64,000 nucleotides of DNA from Deltaproteobacteria bacterium (GCA_020632715.1 JACKFA010000007.1:14462-78461); one strand, 5' to 3'. Counted from the stretch's first letter, positions 25,104 to 34,986 are shown. Notes: generated from the sequence alone by a model not told the origin. Numbers and translations are program-made.

Positions 25104-27335
25104 ATGCCCGCCCCCCGGAAGCCGCTGCTCGCCACGCTCAAGGACGCCCTCTCCGTCCCTGAGCGGCGCCTCAAGGCGTGGCTCGTCATCGCGCTCATCG
25201 CCGGCGCCTACCTCTTCGGCGTGGGCGTCCGCCTCGCCTGGGTCCCGAAGGTCGAGGCCAACCCGCAGGCCGTCTGGGCCGGCCACGTCACGCTCACCGC
25301 GACCGACGGCTACTTCTTCGCGAGCGCCGTGCAGCACGCCGTCGAGGGCGGCGAGCCCACGAACATGCGCCTCCCGCCGTGGGAGAAGCACGCGATCACC
25401 ACGATCGCCACGGCCGCCGTGCACGTCCTCGACGCCGCCCCCCTCGAGGTCACCTTCTACCTCCCGGTCTTCCTCGCGCCGCTCCTCGCCGTGCCCCTCG
25501 TGCTCCTCGGGCGCCTCGTCGGCGCGCCCCTCTTCGGCTTCGCCGCCGGCGCCTTCGCGGTCGTCGGGCTCAGCTACTTCAACCGCTCCCTGCCCGGCTA
25601 CTTCGACACCGACATGGTGTCCGTCACCTTCCCGATGGTGCTCGTCTGGCTCCTCGCGAGCGCCGTCATGGCGCGCGACGGCGACGGCGGCCCCGACGAG
25701 CCCCGCGCCCTCCGCTACGCCATCGCCGCCGCCTTCTGGACCGCCTCGGGCACCTTCTTCTACAACCGCATCGCCCCGGTGCTCCTCGCCTTCTCCTTCG
25801 GCTTCATCCTCTACGCCCTCATCTTCCACCGCCGCGAGCGCTGGGTGTGGGTCGCGGCGCCGCTGCTCCTCGTCGCCGTCTGGGGGATCCCCTGGTGGGC
25901 CCGCGTCCTCGCCCTCGTCCCGCTCGCCGTCGTCGCGACGCGCGTCCGCCTCTCGCGCAACGCCCTCATCGCCGCCGGCGCCGTCGCGCTCGTCGTCTTC
26001 TTCCTGACGAGCCCCGGCCTCGACCTCGTGATGAACCCGATCGAGCGCTTCTCCGACCGCGCCGGGAGCACCGGCGAGGGCGGCATCAAGTTCGTCTCCA
26101 CGACCTCCCTCATCCGCGAGACCGCGAAGCTCCCCTTCGACCGCCTCGCCCAGCGCTTCGCCGGCTCGACCCTCGCCTTCGTCATGGGCGTCGTCGGCTA
26201 CCTCCTCCTCTGCGCCCGCCACCGCGCCTTCCTGCTCGCGCTGCCCGTCGTCGCCCTCGGCGCCTTCAGCCTCGACGGCGGGCTCCGCTTCACCATCTTC
26301 GGCGTGCCCATCGCCGCCCTCGGCGCCACCTGGCTCATCTTCCTCGCGCTCGGCTGGCTCGTCCGCGCCGCGCGCGCCCTCGCCTCGCGCCGCGCCGTCC
26401 TCGCGATGCACGTCGTGGGCGTCCTCGCCGCCGTCCCGCTCATCGCGCCGAACGTCGAGGCCGACCTCGCGCGCACCCCCGCGACCGCGCTCCCGGCCGG
26501 CGAGGCCGAGCTCATGCGCGATCTCCGCGCCATCCGGAAGCCCGGCGACTACGCCGTCGCCTGGTGGGACTACGGCTACCCGCTCTGGTACTTCGCGGGC
26601 GTGAACACCCTCGTCGACGGCAGCAAGCACGCCGCCGACACGCTCGCCGTCTCGCAGATCCTCTTCTCCGACTCCCAGCTCCAGGCCGCGAACCTCGCGC
26701 GCGCCGCGGTCGAGCTCTACGCGACGACCAAGCTCCCGAACGCCCCCGCGCTCCCGCGCCTGTTCCGGCGGGCGCGGAAGGAGGGCAAGACCCCGCGGCA
26801 GCTCCTCGCCGAGATGGCGACGCCGGCCTACGAGCCGCCGCCGAAGACGCGCGAGATCTACCTCTACGTGCCGCAGCGGATCCTGCCGCTCATGATCTCC
26901 ATCGAGAAGTTCTCGCAGGACGCGCGCCGCCCCGAGGGCGTCGCCGAGCCGCACCAGCCCTTCTCCGTGTTCTCACCGGCCGTCAAGGAGCTCCCGGGCG
27001 GCGTCGTCGAGCTCCAGGGCGGCTATCGCGTCGATCCGCAGCGCGGCGTCGTCCTGCGCACGCGCAACGGCCGCGAGGAGAGCATGCCCATCGCGACCCT
27101 CTGGGAGGTGGGCGTCAACAAGTCCTTCGAGCCCATCTCGCGCGCGCTCAAGACCTACGCCCCGACCGGCGCGCACGTGCTCCTCATGCGCTCCTACGGC
27201 TCGGCGCTCATCCTCGACGAGGCGCTCCTGCGCTCGAACCTCGTGCAGATGTACCTCTTCGGCAACGTCGACAAGGACCTCTTCGAGCCCGTCCTCCGCA
27301 CCGCCTTCGGCACCGTCTACCGCGTCATCCGATGA
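25104..27335 (+). CDS. pglB: PglB/STT3-type oligosaccharyltransferase (N-glycosylation OST, 743 aa)
   Basis: 13 predicted TM helices plus a C-terminal periplasmic domain. The hallmark WWDYGYPLWYFAGVNTLVDGSKH compares with C. lari PglB WWDYGYP...TLVDGGKH. N-terminal ..TATDGYFFAS.. gives the Asp, ..YFDTDMV.. the DxD and ..TSLIRE.. the TIxE-like motif. The upstream 300 codons of tracked ORF 24204.. are rejected. Confidence 0.8.
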   Translation: MPAPRKPLLATLKDALSVPERRLKAWLVIALIAGAYLFGVGVRLAWVPKVEANPQAVWAGHVTLTATDGYFFASAVQHAVEGGEPTNMRLPPWEKHAITTIATAAVHVLDAAPLEVTFYLPVFLAPLLAVPLVLLGRLVGAPLFGFAAGAFAVVGLSYFNRSLPGYFDTDMVSVTFPMVLVWLLASAVMARDGDGGPDEPRALRYAIAAAFWTASGTFFYNRIAPVLLAFSFGFILYALIFHRRERWVWVAAPLLLVAVWGIPWWARVLALVPLAVVATRVRLSRNALIAAGAVALVVFFLTSPGLDLVMNPIERFSDRAGSTGEGGIKFVSTTSLIRETAKLPFDRLAQRFAGSTLAFVMGVVGYLLLCARHRAFLLALPVVALGAFSLDGGLRFTIFGVPIAALGATWLIFLALGWLVRAARALASRRAVLAMHVVGVLAAVPLIAPNVEADLARTPATALPAGEAELMRDLRAIRKPGDYAVAWWDYGYPLWYFAGVNTLVDGSKHAADTLAVSQILFSDSQLQAANLARAAVELYATTKLPNAPALPRLFRRARKEGKTPRQLLAEMATPAYEPPPKTREIYLYVPQRILPLMISIEKFSQDARRPEGVAEPHQPFSVFSPAVKELPGGVVELQGGYRVDPQRGVVLRTRNGREESMPIATLWEVGVNKSFEPISRALKTYAPTGAHVLLMRSYGSALILDEALLRSNLVQMYLFGNVDKDLFEPVLRTAFGTVYRVIR

Positions 27336-28449
27336 GCCGGTAGAGGGCCGCCGTCCGCGCCGCGATGGGGCCCCACGCGAGCGCCCCGCGGGCGAAGGCG
27401 CGCCCCCGCTCCGCGCAGGCGGCGCGCGCGTCGTCGTCGGTCAGGAGGGCGACGATCGCGTCGGCGAGGGCGTCCGCGTCCCCCGGCGGGGCGAGGAGGC
27501 CGCAGCCGGCAGCGCGCACGAGCTCCCCGAGCCCGCCCACGTCGCTCGCCACGATGGCCCGCCCGCGGGTCGCCGCGAGGACGGCCACACCGCTCTGCGA
27601 GATCTCACGGTACGGCAGCACGACGAGGCGCGCCGCGTCGAAGAGCGAGGGCAGGGCGCCGTCGGGGACGAAGCGCTCGTCGAGCTCGGCGCGGCCTTCG
27701 CGCGCGAGGGCCCGGACGCGCGCGAGCACCTCGCCGACGTCGCCGCGCGGCCGGCCGACCACGCGGAGGTGCACGTCGGGGACCGCGCGCCGCACGCGCG
27801 GGAGCGCGTCGAGCAGCACGTCGAGGCCCTTGTAGGGGCCGATGAAGCCGAACGCGAGGAGGTCTGTCGGCGGCGCGGGCGGCGCCGGGTGCGCGTCGAG
27901 GTAGGCGAAGTTCCCGTGCGGGAGGCGGTGGACCCGCTCGGCGGGGACGCCGAAGGTGGTCGTGAGCGCGCCCGCTGTCGCCGCGTCGTGGGCGACGATC
28001 GCGCGCGGCGCGCGGTAGATGGCGCGCCAGAGCGCCGTCTGCGCCGGGGTCGGCGGGGCGTCGTGGGGCGTCGCGTTGTGCGCCGTGTAGACGAGCGGGC
28101 GCAGGCGCGCGAGCGCGTGGAGCGGGGCGACGTCGACCTCGGGGACCGGCAGCCACTGCACGTGGACGACGTCGTGACGCCGCGCGAGGCCGAGGGCCCG
28201 CGCCATGCCGGCCGCGTGCTCGGCGAGGCGCGCCACGCGGGCGGCGCGGCCGAAGAGGCCGGCGGCGCGCGAGGCGGCGAGCGTGCGCCGGTAGAACGAT
28301 GGGTCTACCGTGTAGGACGGGGCCGGCAGGCCGGCGAGCTCGCGCGCCCAGGCGCCGCAGGTCAAGAGCGTCACGCGCGCGCCGTCGGCCGTGAGCGCCT
28401 CGCAGAGCGGGTGCACGTAGCCGAAGGCGGACCCCGATGGGTTGAGCAT
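27325..28449 (-). CDS. Glycosyltransferase family 4 (GT-B, group 1)
   Basis: ..AFGFIGPYKGLDVLLDA.. and ..GVAVLAATRGRAIVASDVGGLGELV.. with the EX7E-like region. Convergent with pglB, overlapping it by 11 nt. Confidence 0.75.
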   Translation of the reverse strand: MLNPSGSAFGYVHPLCEALTADGARVTLLTCGAWARELAGLPAPSYTVDPSFYRRTLAASRAAGLFGRAARVARLAEHAAGMARALGLARRHDVVHVQWLPVPEVDVAPLHALARLRPLVYTAHNATPHDAPPTPAQTALWRAIYRAPRAIVAHDAATAGALTTTFGVPAERVHRLPHGNFAYLDAHPAPPAPPTDLLAFGFIGPYKGLDVLLDALPRVRRAVPDVHLRVVGRPRGDVGEVLARVRALAREGRAELDERFVPDGALPSLFDAARLVVLPYREISQSGVAVLAATRGRAIVASDVGGLGELVRAAGCGLLAPPGDADALADAIVALLTDDDARAACAERGRAFARGALAWGPIAARTAALYRLIG

Positions 28450-28537
28450 GAGGACGTCCAGGGGGCCTCCGGGCGCGGCGGCGGCGCGGGCGTTTGGTTT
28501 TGTCGCGCCGCGCGAAATGCTTCACTCTCCACGGCGC

Positions 28538-29569
28538 ATGATACACGACGAGCCCGCCGGCGACGCCCCCGGCGCCGCCTGGCCGGCGGTGAGCGTGGTC
28601 GTGCCGATGCGGAACGAGGCGGGCTTCGCGCGGCGCTGCCTCGACGCGCTGCGCGGGCAGGACTACGCAGGCGAGCTCGAGATCGTCTGCGTCGACGGCC
28701 TGTCGGACGACGGCACCCGCGACGCGCTCGCCGCCATCGCGGCCGAGGATCCGCGCGTCCGCGTGGTCGACAACCCGGCGCGCACGACGCCCGCGGCGAT
28801 GAACGTCGGGATCCGCGCGGCGCGGCACGCGCTCGTCCTGCGCATGGACGGGCACGCCCTCGCCGACCCAGACTACGTGCGCGAGAGCGTCGCGGCCATG
28901 CGCGAGACGGGGGCCGATCAGGTCGGCGGGCGCTGGCTCATCGAGGGGGAGGGCCTCGTCGCGGGCGCCATCGCCGCCGCGATGGGCTCGCCGTTCGCCG
29001 TCGGCACGGCGCGCTGGCGCTCGAGCGACGCGCCGGGCTGGGTCGACACCGTGCCCTACGGGCTCTGGCGGCGGGAGCGGCTGCTCGCGCTCGGCGGCTT
29101 CGACGAGCGGCTCGTGCGGAACCAGGACTACGAGCTCGCGTACCGGCTGCGCGCCGCGGGGGGGCGGATCTGGTACACGCCGGCCGTGCGCTCGCGCTAC
29201 TACGCGCGCCGCGACCTGCGCGCGCTGTGGCGCCAGTACTGGCAGTACGGCGTCTGGAAGGCGCGCGTCGTGAAGCTCCACCCGCGGTCGCTCGAGCCGC
29301 GGCATCTCGTGGCGCCGCTCTTCGTCGCGGGCGTCGTGCTCGGGCTCCCGCTCGCGCTGCTCCTCGGCGGGGTCGTGGCGTGGCTCTACCTCGGCGCGCT
29401 CGCGGTCTACGGGGCGCTCGCGGGGTTCGCGGCGGCGCGGGTCGCGGCGCGCACGCGGTGGCGCTACGTGTGGCTCCTGCCGGCGATCTTCGCGCTCCTG
29501 CACGTCGCGTGGGGGGCCGGCTTCTGGGTCGGGCTCGGGAGCCGCGGCGGCCTTGCGGAGGAGGGCTGA
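28538..29569 (+). CDS. Glycosyltransferase family 2 with a C-terminal membrane anchor
   Basis: ..VSVVVPMRNEAGF.. and ..LRMDGHALADPDY.. (DxD/DxH region), then about three TM helices. Start is placed at the ATG at 28538; the upstream TTG or ATG starts overlap the divergent GT4 start. Confidence 0.7.
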   Translation: MIHDEPAGDAPGAAWPAVSVVVPMRNEAGFARRCLDALRGQDYAGELEIVCVDGLSDDGTRDALAAIAAEDPRVRVVDNPARTTPAAMNVGIRAARHALVLRMDGHALADPDYVRESVAAMRETGADQVGGRWLIEGEGLVAGAIAAAMGSPFAVGTARWRSSDAPGWVDTVPYGLWRRERLLALGGFDERLVRNQDYELAYRLRAAGGRIWYTPAVRSRYYARRDLRALWRQYWQYGVWKARVVKLHPRSLEPRHLVAPLFVAGVVLGLPLALLLGGVVAWLYLGALAVYGALAGFAAARVAARTRWRYVWLLPAIFALLHVAWGAGFWVGLGSRGGLAEEG

Positions 29570-29601
29570 CGGGGGGAGACTCGCGGCGGAGGTGTTCCGA
29601 T

Positions 29602-31260
29602 ATGAGGCTCCGCGCGACCGTCGTCCTGCCCCTCGTCCTCGTGCTCGCCGCGTGCGGCAAGAGCGCGCCTGCGCCTGCGCCTGACGCCGCGGCGCCTCCG
29701 CCCACGGAGACGCAGGCCCCGCCGACGTCGGCGCCCCCCGAGGCGGCGGCGGACGCGGCGCCTTCGGAGTCGCCGGAGGACGCGGGGGCGGCGACGACCG
29801 CGGCGGCAGACGAGGACGCGGCGGCGACCGCGGCGGCGAATGAGGACGCGACGGCGGCGGCGCCGAAGGGGGACGCGATGCTCTGGGCGGGGGCGGTCAC
29901 GGCGCCAGGCGGGATGGAGCTCGGGATCGAGGTCGCGCTCGCGAAGAACGCGGACGGGGCGTGGTCGGGGACCATCAGCATCCCGATGCAGAACGTGAAG
30001 GACCACGTCCTCGACGGGGTCGCGGCGGACGACCACGCGCTCGCCTTCACGCTGAAGCTGCCGGGCATGCCCGAGGCGGCCTGGGCGAAGTTCACGGCGA
30101 CGCTCGCCGAGGACGGGAAGACCGCCGCCGGCACGCTCCACCAGGGCGGGCTCGATCTGCCGCTGAAGCTCGAGCGCACGACGGCGGAGGCGCTGGCCGC
30201 GAGCGCGCCGAAGCGCCCGCAGATGCCGGCGCCGCCGTTCCCGTACACGGTGCGCGAGGTGTCCTTCAAGCACCCGACCACGGGGGCGACGCTGGCCGGC
30301 ACGATCACGGCGCCCGCGGACGACGCGAAGCACGCCGCCGCCGTGCTGATCACGGGCTCGGGCCTCCAGGACCGCGACGAGACCATCTTCGGGCACAAGC
30401 CGTTCCTCGTGCTGGCCGACTGGCTGACGCGCCACGGGGTCGTGGTGCTGCGCGTCGACGACCGCGGCGTGGGCGGCTCGACCGGAGACGCGGAGTCGGC
30501 GACCGTGCTCGACAACGCGACGGACGTCGAGGCGGCCTTCCGCTTCCTGCGCGAGCAGCCCGAGGTGGACCCGGCGAAGGTCGGGCTCATCGGCCACTCG
30601 GAGGGCGGGATCATCGCGCCGGTCGTGGCGTCGCGCGTGCCCGAGGTGGCGTTCGTCGTGGCGCTCGCGGGGACCGGGATGACCGGCGAGGAGCTGATCC
30701 CGCTCCAGTACGCGCTCATGGCGAAGGCGGAGGGGGTCGCGGACACGGCCGTCGCGGCGACGCTCGCGCTCGAGAAGGCGGCCATCGCGGCGGCGGCGAA
30801 GGGGGAGCCGCGCGACGTCGTGAAGACGGCGGTGAAGGCGCTGGTCGCGGCGCAGTCGCCGGAGATCGCCGGGGTGTCGAAGGAGGAGCTCGAGAGCGAC
30901 GCGTTCCTCGAACGCGCGGTCGATCAGCTGCTCGGCGTCTGGTTCCTCTCGTTCCTGCGCCTCGACCCGAAGGCGTACTGGAAGCAGGTGAAGTGCCCGG
31001 TGCTCGCGGTCGGCGGGAGCCTCGACATGCAGGTGCCGGCCGAGGAGAACCTGGCGCTCATCGCGGCCGCCGTGAAGGAGGGCGGCAACGAGGACGTGAC
31101 CACGATGACGCTGCCGTCGTTGAACCACCTCTTCCAGACGGCGACGACGGGCGGGCTCTCGGAGTACGCGACCATCGAGGAGACCTTCGCGCCGACGGCG
31201 CTCGAGCTCCTGAGCACGTGGATCGCGGGGAAGACGGGGGGCGCCGCGCCGGAGAAGTAG
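29602..31260 (+). CDS. Alpha/beta-hydrolase fold lipoprotein (S9/dienelactone-hydrolase-like)
   Basis: MRLRATVVLPLVLVLAACG lipobox and an A/P/D-rich linker. ..VGLIGHSEGGIIAP.. GxSxG nucleophile elbow. The upstream 600 codons of the tracked ORF are rejected. Confidence 0.75.
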   Translation: MRLRATVVLPLVLVLAACGKSAPAPAPDAAAPPPTETQAPPTSAPPEAAADAAPSESPEDAGAATTAAADEDAAATAAANEDATAAAPKGDAMLWAGAVTAPGGMELGIEVALAKNADGAWSGTISIPMQNVKDHVLDGVAADDHALAFTLKLPGMPEAAWAKFTATLAEDGKTAAGTLHQGGLDLPLKLERTTAEALAASAPKRPQMPAPPFPYTVREVSFKHPTTGATLAGTITAPADDAKHAAAVLITGSGLQDRDETIFGHKPFLVLADWLTRHGVVVLRVDDRGVGGSTGDAESATVLDNATDVEAAFRFLREQPEVDPAKVGLIGHSEGGIIAPVVASRVPEVAFVVALAGTGMTGEELIPLQYALMAKAEGVADTAVAATLALEKAAIAAAAKGEPRDVVKTAVKALVAAQSPEIAGVSKEELESDAFLERAVDQLLGVWFLSFLRLDPKAYWKQVKCPVLAVGGSLDMQVPAEENLALIAAAVKEGGNEDVTTMTLPSLNHLFQTATTGGLSEYATIEETFAPTALELLSTWIAGKTGGAAPEK

Positions 31261-31284
31261 GCGGGGGCGAGGTCTCCGGCGGGG

Positions 31285-32811
31285 TCAGGCCCCGCGGCCG
31301 CCGAGCACGACGCCGACGGTGCGGAGCAGCACGCGCGCGTCGAAGGTCAGCGAGGCGTGCTTGATGTAGTAGACGTCGTACTCGAGCTTGGCGATGGCGT
31401 CGTCGACGGACGAGCCGTAGGGGAAGCAGACCTGCGCCCAGCCGGTGACGCCCGGCTTCACGAGGTGGCGGAGGTCGTAGTAGGGGATGAGCTGCTCGAG
31501 CTCGGCGGTGAACTCGGGGCGCTCGGGGCGGGGCCCGACGAGGGACATCTGCCCGACGAGGACGTTCCAGAGCTGCGGGAGCTCGTCGAGGCGGGTGCGG
31601 CGCATGAAGCGGCCGAGCGGGGTCACGCGGGGGTCGTTGGCGCTCGCCCAGCGCGCGGCGCCGTCGGACTCGGCGTCGGCGCGCATGGTGCGGAGCTTCA
31701 GGAGGGTGAAGGGGCGCTTCCAGCGGCCGACGCGGACCTGGCGGTAGAGCACGGGGCCGCGGCTCGTGGTCTTGACGAGGACGGCGAGGACGAGGAGCAC
31801 GGGGGCGGCGAGGAGGAGGCCGACGAGGGCGCCGCCGATGTCGATGGCGCGCTTGGCGCTGGCGTACCAGAGGGAGGCGCCGCCGTGGAGCTGCTCGTCG
31901 TGGAGGAACCAGCCGTGGTCGTCGGCGGAGAGGGGGATGCGCTCCTGGACGTCCTCGATGAGCTGGCTCGGGGTGAGGACGGGGACGTTCTTGATCCGGT
32001 AGTGGATGAGGTCGGCGAGGGTCTCGCGGGGGAGGGCGTCGGCGGGGGTGGCGAGGACGACGGCGCGGACGGCCCCCTGCATCTGGGCGTCGAGGGCGGA
32101 CAGCGGGAGGGGGCCGCCGGCGCCGGCGGTGGGGGCCGGGGTGTCGGCGGCGAGGGCGGGGTCGAACCAGACGACGCCGTGTTGTTGGCCGCCGGTGGCG
32201 AGGCGCTCGGCGAGGGCGGCGGCGGCGGGTTGGCTGCCGATGACGAGGACGCGGGCGCGGGCCTCGGCGCGGCGGAGGGCCCAGGCGAGGGCGGCGCGGG
32301 AGAGGACGACCCAGAGGGCGAGGAGGAGGGCGAGGCCGACCATGCCTTGGGAGGCGGGGGGAGAGAGGGCGCGGATGGCGGCCTTCTTGGAGAGGTACTT
32401 GAGGATGATCCAGGCGACGGCGAGGCCGCCGGCGGTGCCGAGGGCGGTGACGCGGGAGACGCGGCCGCGCTCGGCGCGGTAGCCGCCGGCGAGGAAGGTG
32501 CCGAGGAGGGCGCCGGCGACGAGGAGCCAGCTGACGGGGCCGGAGCTCGGGACGTCCCAGGCGAGGAAGGGGAGGCCGATGACGTAGAGCCAGGCGACGA
32601 GGGCGTCGGCGAGCAAGAGGGCGAGGGCGACGCTGCGGCGCGAGCGGGCGCCCCGGTTCGGCACGACGACCTTGCGAGCGGCGCGCTCGAGCTCGATACG
32701 CCGGTCGGTGCGCGCGCGGTCGGAGACGAGGGCGGCGCGGCCGACCGGCGCGTGAGGCGCGGTCCGTGGTGACTCCTGTGACGTGGCGACCAGCCCTCCG
32801 TCGAGCGGCAC
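31285..32811 (-). CDS. WbaP/ExoY-type polyprenyl-phosphate hexose-1-phosphate transferase (initiating phosphoglycosyltransferase)
   Basis: C-terminal bacterial sugar transferase domain (..[15 protein letters not shown].., ..LLKLRTMR.., ..[22 protein letters not shown]..). The start is uncertain. The GTG at 32811 is chosen because the 5' 88 codons of the tracked ORF run through palindromic repeats. Confidence 0.65.
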   Translation of the reverse strand: MPLDGGLVATSQESPRTAPHAPVGRAALVSDRARTDRRIELERAARKVVVPNRGARSRRSVALALLLADALVAWLYVIGLPFLAWDVPSSGPVSWLLVAGALLGTFLAGGYRAERGRVSRVTALGTAGGLAVAWIILKYLSKKAAIRALSPPASQGMVGLALLLALWVVLSRAALAWALRRAEARARVLVIGSQPAAAALAERLATGGQQHGVVWFDPALAADTPAPTAGAGGPLPLSALDAQMQGAVRAVVLATPADALPRETLADLIHYRIKNVPVLTPSQLIEDVQERIPLSADDHGWFLHDEQLHGGASLWYASAKRAIDIGGALVGLLLAAPVLLVLAVLVKTTSRGPVLYRQVRVGRWKRPFTLLKLRTMRADAESDGAARWASANDPRVTPLGRFMRRTRLDELPQLWNVLVGQMSLVGPRPERPEFTAELEQLIPYYDLRHLVKPGVTGWAQVCFPYGSSVDDAIAKLEYDVYYIKHASLTFDARVLLRTVGVVLGGRGA

Positions 32812-32902
32812 GCGGCCGAGGATGACGGAGCCGAGGCCGCCTGGCAATGAGCGCGACAGGACCGGCCCGTTGTCGAACCCAGAACGTGAACGCCGTTCAC
32901 GC

Positions 32903-32978
32903 GACAGTCCCCGGGGACTGTCATGTAAAGCAACGTAATCGACCCCGACCGGGGGACGGCGACAGTCCCCGGGGACTG
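32903..32978. promoter_or_regulatory. Two copies of the palindrome GACAGTCCCCGGGGACTGT(C), spaced 58 bp apart within a 54-bp direct repeat, upstream of the sugar-transferase gene
   Basis: Sites at 32903..32922 (perfect 20-bp palindrome) and 32961..32978. Each is followed by ATGTAAAGCAA(C/T)GTAA. Confidence 0.45.
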
Positions 32979-33080
32979 CGATGTAAAGCAATGTAAGCGA
33001 AGCGACTCGGGGGCGACCGCCCGGAGCCGGAGAAGACCAGGAAACCAGGCACGCGAGGCCAAACGCAAGGAGCACCCCGG

Positions 33081-33240
33081 GGAGAACCAGCAGCCGCAGG
33101 CGCCGTGGAGATGTGGGAAACCTCGGGCCCGGCTGGCCGCAGGCCGGCCGGGTCCGAGGTTTTCAAAGGCGATGGGCAACTCGGTCGTTCCCGCCGGCGG
33201 CGGGGAACGCCGAGTTGTCCAGGGGGGTGGGCGGCCTCGG
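33081..33240. repeat. Left arm of a roughly 160-bp inverted repeat pair flanking the HNH-endonuclease pseudogene
   Basis: Reverse-complement match to 34795..34940, including the CAACTCG...CGAGTTG and GAAACCTCGG...CCGAGGTTTTC sub-hairpins. Confidence 0.55.
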
Positions 33241-33613
33241 GGCGGGCCGGAGGTCGCGGGGGCGGAGCCCCTGCGACCGCAGGGCTGTCCCCAGGCCGTC
33301 CACGCCCCCGTCATCGCCGGCATCTCCACGGCGCGCACGGGGCTCCGCGGCCACCCCAAAGATTCTAGAATCACGTCACTTTCTGCTTGACGGGTTCTGG
33401 GCGAGCACACCTCGCCAAAGGCCCGGACGACGGCCAGGAATCGCCAGGTTGGCGCCTCCCAGCCCGTCCACCGCGCTGATCAGGGCCAAGCCACCGCGAG
33501 AGGTGGACGAGGTGCCGTTCGTTGAACCTGGAGCGTCCTGGAGGGGCTCGGCCGGCCCTGAAAGCCCCGTGCTATAAGGGAAATCAAGCCGAGACGCCAC
33601 GGAGCACGGACCC

Positions 33614-34700
33614 ATGAACCCCTCGCACGCCCAGTCACGACGCCCCCGACGAAGCCCGGAGCCACGCAGCCCCGAGCGCTCCTCGCCGAGCTCGCGCGCC
33701 ACGCCGCTTCGTCGTTCGAGAAGACGGCCGACGTCCTGCGCCTCCTCGGCGAGGTCGACCGCACCGGCGCCTGGTCCGAGAAGCCCTATGGCTCCCTCTT
33801 CGCGTACTGCCTCGGTGAGCTGAACTGGTCCGAGGGAGAGGCCGCGAAGAAGATCCAGGCCGCGCGGGCGGCGCGGCGCTTCCCGATCCTGCTCCAGCGC
33901 GTCCGCGCAGGGCGGCTGCACCTCGCCGGCGTCGTGCTCCTCGCGGCGAAGCTCAACGACGACAACGCGCGGGAGCTCATCGACGCCGCCTGCGGCAAGT
34001 CGAAGCGCGACGTCGAGGCGCTCCTCGCGGCGCGGTTCCCGCGGCCGGACGTGGCGCCGTCGATCCGCAGGCTGCCTGCGCCATCGCGCCGGGTGGAGGC
34101 GGCGACGCCGTCGCTGCCGATGTCATCGACGCCTTCCGTCGTGCCGGCGGTGCCTGCGCGCCGGGAAGACCTCGGCTCACGCTCTCTCCGTGGGCGGCCG
34201 CCGCGCCGACGTCGCGCCGCTCTCCGCCGAGCGCCACAAGCTGACCGTCACCATCAGCAGCGCCACGCGCGACCGCCTCGCCCGGCTCGCCGCGCTCACG
34301 AGCCACCGGAGCGCCGAGGCGCGCTCCGTCGAGGGCTGCTCGACGCCGCCCTCGAGCTCCTCGAGGCGAAGCTCGTCAAGGAGCGCTTCGGCGTCGGGGC
34401 GAAGCCGCGGAAGGTCGAGGCCCCGAAGAAGTCGGCGCGAGCGTTCTCGAAGGCCGACAGGCGCGCGATCGTGGCGCGCGACGGGCTCCAGTGCTCGCAC
34501 GTCGACGCCGCGACCGGCGTCCGGTGCAGCGAGACGCGCTGGCTGACGCTCGACCACGTGGAGCCCTGGGCTCACGGCGGGGAGAGCGTGGCGGAGAATG
34601 GGCGGGTGCTTTGCAACGCCCACAACCAGGCTGCGGCGCGCCGGGTGCTCGGAGAAGAGCTCGTCCGGAGCCGGGTCGCGGAGCGGCGCGGAGGCGACGT
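33614..34700 (+). pseudogene. DUF222-type HNH endonuclease gene (REP13E12-like) carrying at least two frameshifts
   Basis: Frame 1 has ..LLGEVDRTGAWSEKPYGSLFAYCLGELNWSEGEAAKK.. and the HNH core ..RDGLQCSHVDAATGVRCSETRWLTLDHVEPWAHGGESVAENGRVLCNAHN. The middle segment (..RHKLTVTISSATRDRLARLAALTS..) reads in another frame. Confidence 0.55.
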
Positions 34701-34794
34701 CGGCGGTGAGGGCGGGGTGCTACCGGCGAAGGGGCGCTCCCGCGCCGTGGAGATGCCGGCGATGCCGGGGGCGTGGACGGCCTGTGGACGGCCG

Positions 34795-34940
34795 CTGCGC
34801 GGCCCGCCCACGAGTCCGCCCACACCTTTGGACAACTCGTGACTCCGCGCCCCGCGGGCGCGGAGCCCCGAGTTGCCCACATCGCCTTGGAAAACCTCGG
34901 ACCCGGCCGGCCTGCGGCCAGCCGAACCCGGGTTTCCACA
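34795..34940. repeat. Right arm of the inverted repeat pair, partner of 33081..33240
   Basis: See the left arm. Confidence 0.55.
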
Positions 34941-34986
34941 TCTCCACGGCGCCTGCTGCGGCTGCTTTTCCTCGGGGAGGTCTCCG

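Noticed and set aside
27605-31260. ORFs 27605..29503 -, 27769..29601 + (5' extension of the hydrolase ORF), 28938..30785 - and 29464..31128 -
   Set aside because: Shadow frames over the GT4, GT2 and hydrolase genes. The real starts are identified by signal peptide, lipobox and conserved motifs.
31357-33410. ORFs 31357..32772 + and 31698..33410 - over the sugar-transferase gene
   Set aside because: Antisense or alternate frame. The real frame has the conserved C-terminal sugar-transferase motifs.
33350-33610. tRNA gene as an insertion target next to the HNH cassette
   Set aside because: No cloverleaf-compatible sequence (no GTTCGAATC-like T-arm, no acceptor-stem pairing) was recognised by eye. 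Not excluded without a tRNA scanner.
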